From an uncultured delta proteobacterium (GTDB lineage Bacteria; Desulfobacterota; Desulfomonilia; Desulfomonilales; Desulfomonilaceae): DNA of 64,000 nucleotides. The notes under the pieces were generated by a model. That model was not told the origin of the DNA. It did not search any database and saw nothing but the letters and a program-made list of their open reading frames with translations. Every line of letters begins with the position of its first letter. Positions within the stretch are counted from its first letter, which is position 1. A program made the position numbers and the translations under genes. The stretch is from positions 1 to 64,000 of the forward strand of contig CAWJXP010000037.1 in the NCBI GenBank assembly GCA_963846725.1, read 5' to 3'. Below are positions 30,860-41,368 of the stretch, piece by piece.

Positions 30860-32473
30860 CTAATCGTCGTCATCCTCATCCCCTGGCCATTCGAGGAAAG
30901 GCTTCTCCTGGTCGACCATTGCGTTGACCATCAATTCCACCATGCCAGTGTACCAGATTCCGGTTTTTTCAAAAACTTCATAGCTTTCGAGCATGTCTCG
31001 AATCTGACCTTTACAGTTAGAACATGGAGCGCAAACCATCTTTCTGATCGACGGGTCCATTTCTCCCTGAAACGCGTTAAGAATTTGACTCAATTTCTTA
31101 CGGCCGGAGACAAGGCGTTTCCAATCAGAGAAGTTTCCGGAACTCATGATGGCAAAACCGGAACCGCCTCCACAGCAATAGTTTTCTACTCCGTGTGGCT
31201 CCATTTCTCTGAATCGTCCTGGAGGCAGTATAGCGTTCAGAACTTCTCTTTGAGGCTTCACGATGCCCATCAATCTAACGACATTACAAGGATCGTGTAA
31301 TGTCACAGGGAAGTCATTCTTGGACGGGTCGAACTTGATCTTTCCTGATTTGACTATTTCATTAAGGAGCGTGTAGGAGCTTTCACGAGGTATCATTTGC
31401 GCGCCGGGCAGAAGCCTGTCGGCAATAACCGAGAGGGCCTTGTGGGCGTGCCCGCATTCTCCGATAACAATCTTCTTTACCCCAAGGTCACGAGCGATTT
31501 CCAGGTGCTTTAAGGCGACACGGGCAAACTGGACATCATCATACCAAAGCCCGTAATTGACAGCGTCATAGCCCGCCAATTCTGTGGACAGAGTATAATC
31601 TATGCCGGCGGCGTCAAAAAGTATGGCGAAGGCCATGGGATTCTCCGGCCATGCCATGAATTCACCGGCGTTGTGAATCAGAAGAATCTCAGCTCCCTTT
31701 TTGTTTAAAGGAATCTTGATTTTCTTACCGGTTTTTTCTTCAATATCGTCCTCGAGGTACTCGATGATGTCAGCGACAGCCGCTGTAGTCATTCCCGTGC
31801 TGGATCCAAACTTAAGATGTTTTACAGATCCCTTTTCATGAATCTCGGGTCCTGCAATTCCCATTTCCTGGCTGAAAATCTTTCGCAGCTCATGATTCAT
31901 CAGACCGTTGTCAACACCAACCGGACACACGGACGCGCAGCGTCTGCAGAGCGTGCATCTATAAGATAATTCCGCAAGCCTGGCTACGGTATCCCAGTTC
32001 AGATCTATGTCGTGGCCTCTGAAATGGGCCAGGATATTTCCACCTTTGCTCAAATATTTCTTTGCTATCTTACGCACAACATCAGCCCGGAAAGTCGGTC
32101 TGTATATGTCTTTTCGCCCACTCATTTCAAAGGCGGGGCAAGCGTCTGCGCATGTTTGGCACTTGGCGCAGTATTCCATTGACAGCATGAGAGGCTGAAG
32201 GAAGGTCCAGTTATTCTCCTTGGTCATCAGCTTTTCCAAGCCGCTCAAAAAAGCTTTTACAAGACGCTCTTCCTCTTCCGGGGTTTCAGGTTTGGGAAGA
32301 GTCAAAGCGCTTACGCCATCCAGGGAATGTTCCCATTTCTTTGCCTGCTCTTCCTTTAAAGGAGTTATCGGGGTCTCTTCATAATTTTCATATGGATAGG
32401 GCAGGGGAGCCAGGTCCTCAGTCTTTATAGTGACAAGTTGCTCTGTTTTCTTGGATATTTCTTCGGGTCTCAT
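30860..32473 (-). CDS. HdrD/DsrK/GlpC-like iron-sulfur oxidoreductase (two 4Fe-4S ferredoxin motifs plus two CCG cysteine-rich domains)
   Basis: CAKCQTCADACP and CTLCRRCASVCP ferredoxin motifs. CCG-domain cysteines: HDPCNVVR, ENYCCGGGSG, CAPCSNCKGQ. 537 aa. Confidence 0.75.
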   Translation of the reverse strand: MRPEEISKKTEQLVTIKTEDLAPLPYPYENYEETPITPLKEEQAKKWEHSLDGVSALTLPKPETPEEEERLVKAFLSGLEKLMTKENNWTFLQPLMLSMEYCAKCQTCADACPAFEMSGRKDIYRPTFRADVVRKIAKKYLSKGGNILAHFRGHDIDLNWDTVARLAELSYRCTLCRRCASVCPVGVDNGLMNHELRKIFSQEMGIAGPEIHEKGSVKHLKFGSSTGMTTAAVADIIEYLEDDIEEKTGKKIKIPLNKKGAEILLIHNAGEFMAWPENPMAFAILFDAAGIDYTLSTELAGYDAVNYGLWYDDVQFARVALKHLEIARDLGVKKIVIGECGHAHKALSVIADRLLPGAQMIPRESSYTLLNEIVKSGKIKFDPSKNDFPVTLHDPCNVVRLMGIVKPQREVLNAILPPGRFREMEPHGVENYCCGGGSGFAIMSSGNFSDWKRLVSGRKKLSQILNAFQGEMDPSIRKMVCAPCSNCKGQIRDMLESYEVFEKTGIWYTGMVELMVNAMVDQEKPFLEWPGDEDDDD

Positions 32474-32487
32474 ATTGGATCCTCCAA

Positions 32488-33417
32488 TTATTTCTGGTCT
32501 TTGTTTTCCCAGGGATTGCTGGTGGCAACGTCAGCCCAATTCTTTTTGCCTCCCTCAGCCCCAACATGCGCCGCAGCCCAGGTAACGGGGTAGGCAAGAT
32601 ATTTCTTTATTTTGGAATCCATACCGGCGTCACCTTTGTTGGGATCATCATCCCACTTGACTTTGTCCCACATGAAATATTTTGAAACCATGTGTGTCAT
32701 GTGGGTAAACGGAAAGTAAGCCCAGAAACCGATGAACAGTAACAAATTCACAACATGAATCGCTCCCATGGGTTCGGTCATCGGGCCAAACGTTATTAGG
32801 CTTTGAAAGAAAGCTCTTGAGACTAGGAACCCTGGATCCTGGAGCCATACGATGAAACCCGTAACGAATAATAATCCAAGCCAAATTAGGTTCATGAAAT
32901 CAATTCCGGCCGACACATCAGCCAGGCCTGAGTCTGTCATGCGTTTCACTGTGAGTCCAACAACTCCTATTGTTCCTAGAATGTAACCTGGAACAGCGAA
33001 AACGGTTGTCAGTGATTGAAGTAAGCTTGCCAACGCTGAGTTTTCAGGCGCCATTCCGAAAATTTGGACAAACGCTCCCAGCCCGAGAAAAGCTAGTCCG
33101 CCAATGCAGAGATACAGTCCCATATGGAAAGGGAAGGACCAATACCACAGTGATCTGTTATCTTCGTGCAAAGCCCTGATGAAAAGTATTTCCGGGACCA
33201 TAAATCTGTACTGAGCCATGTGGTCTATGTGGCGAGTCTTCTTCCAATGGTCTATTTCTTCATAAAATGACCCACCCCATTCCTTGCCTTCATGGGGTAT
33301 TGGATATAGTTCCCACCGCACATGCATCGGCATCGTCGCATATTTCAACAGTTTTGCGGCGAATCCGATCACGAAAACCAGGCCACTCAAATAAGTCAAG
33401 ATCTGCAAAAAGCCCAT
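32488..33417 (-). CDS. NarI/HdrE/DsrM-like membrane-bound b-type cytochrome subunit, partner of the upstream CCG protein
   Basis: Polytopic membrane protein with conserved His in TM helices. Characteristic NarI-like N-terminus. 15-nt spacing to the hdrD-like gene. Confidence 0.65.
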   Translation of the reverse strand: MGFLQILTYLSGLVFVIGFAAKLLKYATMPMHVRWELYPIPHEGKEWGGSFYEEIDHWKKTRHIDHMAQYRFMVPEILFIRALHEDNRSLWYWSFPFHMGLYLCIGGLAFLGLGAFVQIFGMAPENSALASLLQSLTTVFAVPGYILGTIGVVGLTVKRMTDSGLADVSAGIDFMNLIWLGLLFVTGFIVWLQDPGFLVSRAFFQSLITFGPMTEPMGAIHVVNLLLFIGFWAYFPFTHMTHMVSKYFMWDKVKWDDDPNKGDAGMDSKIKKYLAYPVTWAAAHVGAEGGKKNWADVATSNPWENKDQK

Positions 33418-33691
33418 CTCAGCGCTCCTCTTTATGATGATGATTTAATCTTTGCCGGGTGTCGGTTTAGAAAGATATCGAACTTACTGATTAACATGTT
33501 CTTTATAATTCTGCTAGATGTTTCGTGTTAAAGTGTACAATTTTTCGGCGTAGAAATCTAGGGCGGATCATCTCCCAATGTCCCACGCTGTGTTGTCTAG
33601 CAGAATCTGGAATTGAATCAGGTCAAATGCGTGGATCTGCGAAGCAAGGCCCTCATGTGAACTCTTTCAAAGCCGTTCCCGAGGGCGACTG

Positions 33692-34900
33692 CTACTGATC
33701 CGTCCCTTCCATTCCAGAATCGTAAGTTCCTTGTTCCTGGTCCTCCACATTTTTGAAATCAATCTCAGGAAGTGGTTCGTCGGCGAAATCAGCCCTGAAA
33801 AATTTTGATACCCAATCACGACCCCATGGGTCTTCCTCAAGAAAGGATCTCAAGTCTCCCACGCCCGCGAGATTGCGAAGTTCAGCCCAGCCATCATTTT
33901 CAAGCATTAGAGTCAATTCTTCAGGCGCGTTATCAGACCAGTCCACAAAATAGGGCGAATGGGAACTCATAAGTATTTGCTTGTTAGGATTATCTTTAGC
34001 GTAGCGATGGATTAAACCATAGAGAACCCTGAGACGGTTCGGATTGAGGAATGTTTCCGGTTCCTCGATGAAGAAAATTCTAGGTTGATCCGGCAAATGA
34101 AAGAGCGTGCAAAGCGCCAGAAAAACAAGAAATCCATCTGACAATTGGGGCCCAACAAAATAGCCTGTTTTGCTTTCTTCTTCGACACCGATGCCGACCT
34201 GACCAGGATCCCCGAGGTGTGGAGTGAAAATTCTCTTGATTCCCGGAACCGCTCGTTTGACTTCCTGCATGGTCTTATGGAAGTTTTCCGGATAATTTTT
34301 TTCAAGATAATAAATCACGGCCGCAAGATTTTCGCCCGTATGATCCAAGAGATAGGAATCCTGAACCGGGGAGGGTTTTTTGATTAAGTCTGGGACAAAG
34401 CGATATCTTTTTATTTTTGACAGGTATTGGGCTACGGATCTAATTCTTTTTTCAGCGTCGTTCCAGGCGTGACCCTTCCTCATCTGGGCCATCTTTGATT
34501 CTCTGGCTTTCACATCATTAATTGTAAAAAGTATTTCACCTTGAACTTCCTGAAGTGTTTCTTCCTTGATCAAATATTCATTTCTTCTTATTTCGGAAAA
34601 AACTAGGTGATAGGTGTAATTTATACCTTCTACTTCCAGTGTTATCTCAAAGTTGAGATCGATGTCTTGATTGTCTACCGTATCTCTTGGTTTTCGACTC
34701 AAAGTCTGACGAAAGGTAAAAGGACCAGGACCAAATGCGCTGCTGAAAGGACCTGAAGAAAGAAAACTCAACATGAGCAGGAAATTGCCCAAATTAGACT
34801 TGCCAGTTCCGTTCGGGCCAATAAATATGTTCAGGGGCTTTACTTCAAATTCGGCCTCTTTGAAGTTTTTAAAATTCCTGATTCGAATACTCTTGATCAT
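33692..34900 (-). CDS. stand-alone AAA/ABC-type ATPase (AAA_21/SMC-RecF-like head, COG4637-type predicted ATPase)
   Basis: Walker A FIGPNGTGKSN, Walker B/D-loop IFFIEEPETFLNP, H-loop SSHSP, and an acidic C-terminal tail. No partner gene within about 300 bp on either side. Confidence 0.7.
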   Translation of the reverse strand: MIKSIRIRNFKNFKEAEFEVKPLNIFIGPNGTGKSNLGNFLLMLSFLSSGPFSSAFGPGPFTFRQTLSRKPRDTVDNQDIDLNFEITLEVEGINYTYHLVFSEIRRNEYLIKEETLQEVQGEILFTINDVKARESKMAQMRKGHAWNDAEKRIRSVAQYLSKIKRYRFVPDLIKKPSPVQDSYLLDHTGENLAAVIYYLEKNYPENFHKTMQEVKRAVPGIKRIFTPHLGDPGQVGIGVEEESKTGYFVGPQLSDGFLVFLALCTLFHLPDQPRIFFIEEPETFLNPNRLRVLYGLIHRYAKDNPNKQILMSSHSPYFVDWSDNAPEELTLMLENDGWAELRNLAGVGDLRSFLEEDPWGRDWVSKFFRADFADEPLPEIDFKNVEDQEQGTYDSGMEGTDQ

Positions 34901-35198
34901 AACTGGAAAGAGCCTTTCTAGAAAAAGTTTTAGTATCTGCGTCGAAGCACTTGAACCTCCATAAATTCACACGGTCAGACACGTCACAATAAATTCAACA
35001 CGCCTCTATGAGAGGCATAAATCGTCATACAAGACGATTTGTCGCTACGCCGATTCCTGACCCTAAATGAAGTCAGGCGTCACGAGTCTTATGATAATTT
35101 GGTCTTTTGAAATCCTGAGTTCTAAAATGGCAGGGATTCATCGACTGTCCCTGCCTCGCGCTAAACAATTGAGCCTGACGACAGGCGCCTCTACGGCG

Positions 35199-36206
35199 TC
35201 ATTTTTCTTCTAAGCCGGACGAGATCCAACTCATCATTGACCTCAGTTCGCCGCCTACTTTCTCAATCGGATGTTCTTCTCCCAGTTTTTCTTTAGCTCT
35301 AAAAACAGGCCTGCCTGCGGCATTCTCGAGAATCCACTCTTTAGCGAATTCGCCCGACCGGATCTCATCCAAAATCTTTTTCATTTCCTGTCGTGTTTGG
35401 TCTGTAACAATTCTTGGGCCTCTTGTCAAATCCCCGTATTCGGCCGTATTACTAACTGAATAACGCATCCTCCCAATTCCGCCCTCATATATTAAGTCTA
35501 CGATTAGCTTCAATTCATGCAGACACTCAAAATACGCTATTTCAGGCTGGTAGCCCGCCTGGGTCAACGTCTCGAAACCCGCCTGAATCAGAGCCGTCAC
35601 GCCTCCGCACAACACGGCCTGTTCTCCAAACAAATCCGTCTCGGTTTCTTCACCAAAGCTTGTTTCTATGAGCCCGGCTCTCGTGGCCCCAATGGCCCTG
35701 GCGTAAGCCATACCTACTTCTCTACATTTTCCGGTGGCGTCTTGATATACCGCAAGCAAAGCCGGCACACCGAAACCAGTCTTGTACATTCTGCGGACCA
35801 AATGCCCGGGTCCTTTGGGGGCGACCATAAAAACATCCACATCAGCCGGAGGTTCTATCTGGCCGAAATGAATATTGAATCCGTGAGCGAAAACCAGAGC
35901 CTTCCCTTTGCCTAAATTCGGCTGGATTTTTTCCCGATAAACAGCGGCCTGGAGTTCGTCAGGAACCAGAATCATTATAATGTCGGCCTGTTTTGTGGCG
36001 TTATCGACTTCCATCACTTCCAGACCGTCTTGATTTACTTTATCCCATCTACGGCTCGATCTGTGCAGCCCTACAATAACTTTAACGCCGGAATCGGACA
36101 GATTGAGCGCATGAGCGTGTCCCTGGCTGCCATAGCCGATAATAGCTACTGTTTTACCCTGTAAAAAAGAGGGATCAGCGTCCTGATCATAATAAATTTT
36201 TGCCAA
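35199..36206 (-). CDS. ilvC: ketol-acid reductoisomerase
   Basis: [20 protein letters not shown] Rossmann motif and full-length IlvC similarity. Confidence 0.95.
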   Translation of the reverse strand: MAKIYYDQDADPSFLQGKTVAIIGYGSQGHAHALNLSDSGVKVIVGLHRSSRRWDKVNQDGLEVMEVDNATKQADIIMILVPDELQAAVYREKIQPNLGKGKALVFAHGFNIHFGQIEPPADVDVFMVAPKGPGHLVRRMYKTGFGVPALLAVYQDATGKCREVGMAYARAIGATRAGLIETSFGEETETDLFGEQAVLCGGVTALIQAGFETLTQAGYQPEIAYFECLHELKLIVDLIYEGGIGRMRYSVSNTAEYGDLTRGPRIVTDQTRQEMKKILDEIRSGEFAKEWILENAAGRPVFRAKEKLGEEHPIEKVGGELRSMMSWISSGLEEK

Positions 36207-36348
36207 AATTCTTCTCCATTATACTAAACAATCTAATTCAAACTTAACTTATTGATTCTAACTTATTCATTCTAACAAAAACATCATTGGTCATCAATAC
36301 TTGAAAAAATTTTCTAACTGACGATTCTGACGTGAGCCCGGGAATGGT

Positions 36349-37668
36349 TCATTTATCTCTTTCAGCCTTAAAAATGTGTGTGGGCGGCTCTATTAGGACC
36401 GTCGTGTCCGGAGGCACAGAAGAGGTAAGCCAGACATTTCCGCCTATTACCGACCGAGCGCCAATGACAGTCTCTCCTCCCAATATGGTCGCCTGGGCGT
36501 ATATCGTCACGTCATCTTCTATCGTAGGGTGCCGTTTATGGCCTCTCAACGCGTTTCCGCCCTCAGATCCCCTGGGAACAGACAATGCCCCGAGGGTTAC
36601 CCCCTGGTAGATTCGCACTCGGTCTCCTATGTTGGTAGTTTCTCCAATAACTACTCCGGTGCCGTGGTCAATGAAGAATTCTTTCCCTATATCGGCTCCT
36701 GGATTGATATCTATTCCCGTTAATGAATGAGCGTGTTCCGTCATGATTCTGGGCATCAGGGGAATATTTTTCAAAAAAAATTCGTGAGCCATCCTGTAGA
36801 CAAAGATAGCGTACAGACCTGGATATGAAAAAACAATTTCATCGAGGCTTTTTGCGGCCGGATCTCCGTCAAAATGAGCCTTTACATCAAGAGACAGAGC
36901 CCATCTCAAGTCGGGAAGTTTTTCCAAGAACAGGACAGCCTCTTCACGCCCTTTCTGAATGCATTTTACGCAAAGACTGTCAGTCCTCCGACACTCGTGT
37001 CTGATGCTCCTCGACAATTGAGCGGACAGCGCCTCATAAAGTTGTGTCAACTCATTGCCGAGGTGGTATTCAAGAGTCGAAGGGCTTAGCTCCTGCCTTC
37101 CGAAAAACCCCGGAAACAGCACATCCTGAAGAATTCCAAGGATGCGAATGATCTCGTCCTTGGAAGGAATTAGCGCGGCTCCGACGTGATCCACGGTCTT
37201 GTCATCATTGCACGATTTTACCATGGCCTCGATTACGTTCCGTATCCGCTTTTCCTGCCCCGGGATCAAATGATCCTCCTGAAATTCACAAATATTGTCG
37301 GGATCTTCTCTGTTAAAAATGGCGCCGGACATATTAAACTGCCTTTCTGAAATGAGGTCGGTAGAAGTTGAATTTTTGCTTACTGGTTCTGGTATGTGAT
37401 GATTTTTCCTGGAAAGCTTTTCAGGATAACAATATACTGGTGGCTGGATGGCTTCGGAACGGCACACGGGGCATCGGCCCGGCGTTGTGTGCCTGTCTCT
37501 TTTTTTGAAAATGAATCCACAGTCCAGGCAGCGCGCTGGATTACCGATCACGCTTCGGCCGGTATGTAATGATTTCTCGATATGAGGTAAATGTAGATAG
37601 ACCTCTTTCTCCGGAATCCCCAAAAACCGGGAAATGTCCTTGGCTGTTATAGGCCCCTGCCGTAGCAA
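36349..37668 (-). CDS. cysE: serine O-acetyltransferase with an unusual ~120-aa N-terminal winged-helix/Zn-ribbon extension
   Basis: The C-terminal half has the SATase alpha-helical domain and hexapeptide repeats (FIDHGTGVVIGETTNIGDRVRIYQGVTLG). The N-terminus has an HTH-like segment plus CLDCG...CPVCRS zinc ribbon. Confidence 0.75.
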   Translation of the reverse strand: MLRQGPITAKDISRFLGIPEKEVYLHLPHIEKSLHTGRSVIGNPARCLDCGFIFKKRDRHTTPGRCPVCRSEAIQPPVYCYPEKLSRKNHHIPEPVSKNSTSTDLISERQFNMSGAIFNREDPDNICEFQEDHLIPGQEKRIRNVIEAMVKSCNDDKTVDHVGAALIPSKDEIIRILGILQDVLFPGFFGRQELSPSTLEYHLGNELTQLYEALSAQLSRSIRHECRRTDSLCVKCIQKGREEAVLFLEKLPDLRWALSLDVKAHFDGDPAAKSLDEIVFSYPGLYAIFVYRMAHEFFLKNIPLMPRIMTEHAHSLTGIDINPGADIGKEFFIDHGTGVVIGETTNIGDRVRIYQGVTLGALSVPRGSEGGNALRGHKRHPTIEDDVTIYAQATILGGETVIGARSVIGGNVWLTSSVPPDTTVLIEPPTHIFKAERDK

Positions 37669-37833
37669 ATCTATGATTCGGCGCCTGATAGTCAGTCTGT
37701 TCCTCCTTGTCGAGTTTTATTAGGCCTTTAAACTTGACAAGTATACGCTATTTCATAGAGGATAACCTTTCCGGAGAGCATACGGCAATTTTTTTCCTGT
37801 ACTTTTATAATTACGAACAGGGAGGAGACGATT

Positions 37834-38316
37834 ATGGCCCAGAGGTCTCTAAACAAAGCTCTTCTTCTGGGAAATGTTGGCAAGGACCCTGAGGTTAGAT
37901 ACACCGGGGCCGGAAGAGCGGTAGCGACTTTTTCGCTTGCCACTTCACAGAGATGGAAAGATCAAGAAGGAAATGACCAGGAGAAAACAGAGTGGCATAG
38001 AATAGTCGCCTGGGGACGCCTTGGAGAAATCTGTGGAGAATTTCTGAGCAAAGGCAAACAGGTATATGTCGAGGGACGCATACAGAGCAGAGAATGGGAA
38101 GATCAGGACGGCAAAAAGAGAGTCACTGTCGAAATCGTGGCCAATGACATTATCTTGCTTGGAGGCAACGCTCCTGGACCCTCCAGGACATCCGAAGACG
38201 CGGGCAGGAAAAGCCATTCATCCGGCGGCCCAACGTCTGGCGGAGGCGCAAAGCAGAAGACAGATGACAAGTCAGGTTATTACCCTTCCGCTCCTGAGGA
38301 TGACATTCCCTTCTAG
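37834..38316 (+). CDS. ssb: single-stranded DNA-binding protein
   Basis: OB-fold (LGNVGKDPEVRYT...WHRIVAWG), Gly/Ser-rich linker and a C-terminal DDIPF acidic tip. Confidence 0.95.
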   Translation: MAQRSLNKALLLGNVGKDPEVRYTGAGRAVATFSLATSQRWKDQEGNDQEKTEWHRIVAWGRLGEICGEFLSKGKQVYVEGRIQSREWEDQDGKKRVTVEIVANDIILLGGNAPGPSRTSEDAGRKSHSSGGPTSGGGAKQKTDDKSGYYPSAPEDDIPF

Positions 38317-38370
38317 GGATAAGGCGCCGCAATAAGTTTTTCGGAGCCTGGAAGATAAGGAGGACGGTTT

Positions 38371-40300
38371 ATGCCGGAGTGGTTTTTCCGAAAAAATTTG
38401 ACCGGAATACTGCCCTTCATTTTATGCGGTTTTTTCTTGGTATTTGTTTCAAGCGCAGGAGCTTTCAATGAGGCTCCCGGTCTTTCGAAGGAAGTAAAAA
38501 CCGGAACTCTGCCGCCGATTGAGGAACGACTTCCTCCTGAACCCGTAGTAGTGATTCCTTTTGATAGAATAGGCCATTACGGGGGAGTATGGCGTCGCGC
38601 CTACACTGGCCTTTCCGATTTGGTCGGGGTCCGTAGAATTTTATATGAACCACTAGTCAGATGGAACCCTGAATTTAAAGTCTCTCCGAATTTGGCCCAA
38701 AGGTGGGAGGTAGACGAAGAGGGCAAAAAATACACATTTTATCTTGTGAAGGGGGTTAAATGGTCTGATGGAGAACCTTTCACAGCAGACGATATCCTCT
38801 TCTATTTTGAAGATATTCTGTTTAACAAAGAACTGACGTCCTCAATTCCCACATGGTTGTCGCCCGATGGAAGCGCTCCTAAAGTCACCAAAATAGACGA
38901 CTATACCTTCAGTATAGAATTCTCCAAGCCGTACAGCATCTTTTTGCAGCAACTGGCCTGTCCTTACGGCATGGAACTGGTAACCAAACCGAAACACTAC
39001 CTGAAAAGCTTTCACAAGAAATACGCTGACCCAGAGAAGCTTAATCAATTGATTAAAGAGCGACGTGAAAGCAGTTGGGTCAAACTTTTCCACGATGTTT
39101 CGAACCTCAGGCACGCTATGTTCGTAAGCAAGAAATACCCCTCACTCTGTGCATGGATCACAAAAATTCCTGCTCCCGCCAAACGGTTTGTAATGGAAAG
39201 GAACCCATATTACTGGAAAGTGGATCCTGATGGGAATCAATTGCCCTACATAGACAAGGTGGTTCACGATCTGGTAGCTGAAGCCAAAACGATCGTGCTC
39301 AAAGCCATAGCGGGTGAGATCGACATGCAGGGACGCCATCTTGGAAGCATGCAGAACACGGTTCTGTTGCTTGCCAGTGTAGGTAACGGCAATTTCAGAC
39401 TTGTTCCCAAAACGCTGTCAGCGTCGGTTGGTATTTTGTTGGCTCCGAATATAAATCATAAGGACCCTGTCATGAGAAGCGTTTTTTCTGACAGGAGATT
39501 CAGAATCGCTGTTTCTCACGCCGTCAATCGAACAGAAATCAATAAAATCGTCTGTCGGGGAAAGGGGATTCCCAGGCAAGCAGCGCCCGTTGAAGGAGTC
39601 AGAATTCTATAATGAGTCTTATGAGAACGCTTATCTGGATTTTAATCCTGACAAGGCCAACGAGCTATTGGATGAAATGGGACTCAAAAAAAACAGGGAA
39701 GGAAAGCGACTCCGATCTGATGGCTTACCTCTGCAAATTTCCCTGGACGTTGTCACCACAATGCCGGGCTGGGTGGACAGCGCAGAAATAGTAGCGTCCA
39801 ATCTCAAGAAAGTTGGGATCGACACCGAAGTCAAGGCTGAAACCATGGAATTATTCAGGCAGCGAACACAAAACGCTGTTCACGACATTGCTCTATGGCC
39901 TGGAGATGGTGGACTGGAATGTCTGCTTGACCCCAGATGGTACTTTCCATACAGTTCGGAAAGTCTCAACGCTCCCTTGTATGGCCAGTGGTTTCAAAGT
40001 GACGGCGCCAAAGGCGAAGCCCCTCCAGAAGATATAAAAGAACTTGCGGGCATATATGATGAAATTCTCAGGACCGTTTCGAAAGATAAGCAAAAAGAAT
40101 TATTCGAAAAGATAATAGCTGCCGACGAAAAAAATCTGTGGGTGATTGGCCTTGTTCAGGATCCGCAGGATTATTACGTGGTTTCAAAAAGAATGTTCAA
40201 TTTGCCTGAAAGAGATCTGCAAAGCTGGATATATCCAAATCCGGGGCCGATTCATCCGGAACAGTTTTCCTTTGAACTGAAGAAGTCCGGCGCTAGATGA
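38371..40300 (+). CDS. ABC peptide-transporter substrate-binding protein (family 5, OppA/DppA-like), frameshifted near 39590-39612
   Basis: Signal peptide and SBP_bac_5 architecture across ORFs 38371-39612 and 39590-40300. It precedes the oppBCDF-like genes. Confidence 0.8.
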
Positions 40301-40369
40301 AGTAGTGATTGAAAAAGACGCTGAAGCTTGCGCTGAGACGTTTGGAAAAGATGACGAAGGGGAAATATT

Positions 40370-41368
40370 GTGTTTGCATACATAATTCGGCGCATCCTTA
40401 TAATGATTCCTACCCTGATTGCAATATCAATAATCTCGTTTGTGATAATCCAGTTGCCCCCGGGCGATTTTCTTACGACCTATGTGTCGCAACTGAGCGC
40501 CAGTGGCGAAACAGTTGACCAGGCCGAACTTGAGTCTTTGAAAACCCGTTTCGGACTGGATCAGCCAATGTACATGCAATATCTCAAATGGGCCTGGAAC
40601 TTTCTTCACGGTGATTTTGGACACTCGTACGAATGGAACAAGCCAGTCTCAGAGTTAATTGGTGAAAGGCTCAGCCTGACAATCATAATATCTACGTGCA
40701 CACTTTTGTTCACTTGGGCTGTGTCTGTTCCAATAGGAATTTATTCCGCTGTTCGTCAATATTCATGGCTGGATTACGCCCTAACTGTCTTCGGTTTTAT
40801 AGGGCTGGCGACCCCCAATTTTCTATTGGCTCTGGTTCTCTTGTGGGTTTCTTACGCATATCTGGGATTAAGCATAGGGGGACTGTTTTCTCCGGATTTC
40901 GCTGAGGCGCCATGGAGCGTCGCAAAATTTCTGGACTTGATGAAGCATCTCTGGGTTCCGGTCGTAATTGTGGGGTTGGCGCACACTGCCAAGTTCATCA
41001 GGATAATTCGTGGAAACCTCCTTGATGAGTTACGGAAACCATATGTGGTTACGGCTCGCGCCAAGGGTCTTTCAGAGATTCGTCTGATTCTCAAATACCC
41101 TGTCCGGGTCGCCATCAACCCGTTGGTAAGCACAATCGGCTGGACAATTCCTGAACTGGTGTCAGGCATCGCCATCACAGCGGTGGTGTTGAATTTGCCT
41201 ACCACGGGTCCGCTTCTCTTGAGCGCTTTAATGAGTCAGGACATGCAGTTGGCTGGGACATTTATAATGATGCTGAGCAGTCTGACGGTCGTGGGGACTC
41301 TGATTTCGGACATCCTCCTGGCATGGGTTGATCCCAGAATACGGTTCGGAGCGCGCGAGGGACTATGA
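40370..41368 (+). CDS. ABC peptide-transporter permease (OppB/DppB-like)
   Basis: Six TM helices, BPD_transp_1 signature around AKGLSEIRLILKYPVRVA. Confidence 0.85.
   Translation: MFAYIIRRILIMIPTLIAISIISFVIIQLPPGDFLTTYVSQLSASGETVDQAELESLKTRFGLDQPMYMQYLKWAWNFLHGDFGHSYEWNKPVSELIGERLSLTIIISTCTLLFTWAVSVPIGIYSAVRQYSWLDYALTVFGFIGLATPNFLLALVLLWVSYAYLGLSIGGLFSPDFAEAPWSVAKFLDLMKHLWVPVVIVGLAHTAKFIRIIRGNLLDELRKPYVVTARAKGLSEIRLILKYPVRVAINPLVSTIGWTIPELVSGIAITAVVLNLPTTGPLLLSALMSQDMQLAGTFIMMLSSLTVVGTLISDILLAWVDPRIRFGAREGL

Noticed and set aside
33505-33610. 11-bp inverted repeat pair ATTCTGCTAGA / TCTAGCAGAAT about 75 bp apart, upstream of the NarI-like gene.
   Set aside because: An 11-mer match within 100 bp is expected roughly once by chance in 64 kb. 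It is kept only as a note under the AAA-ATPase finding.
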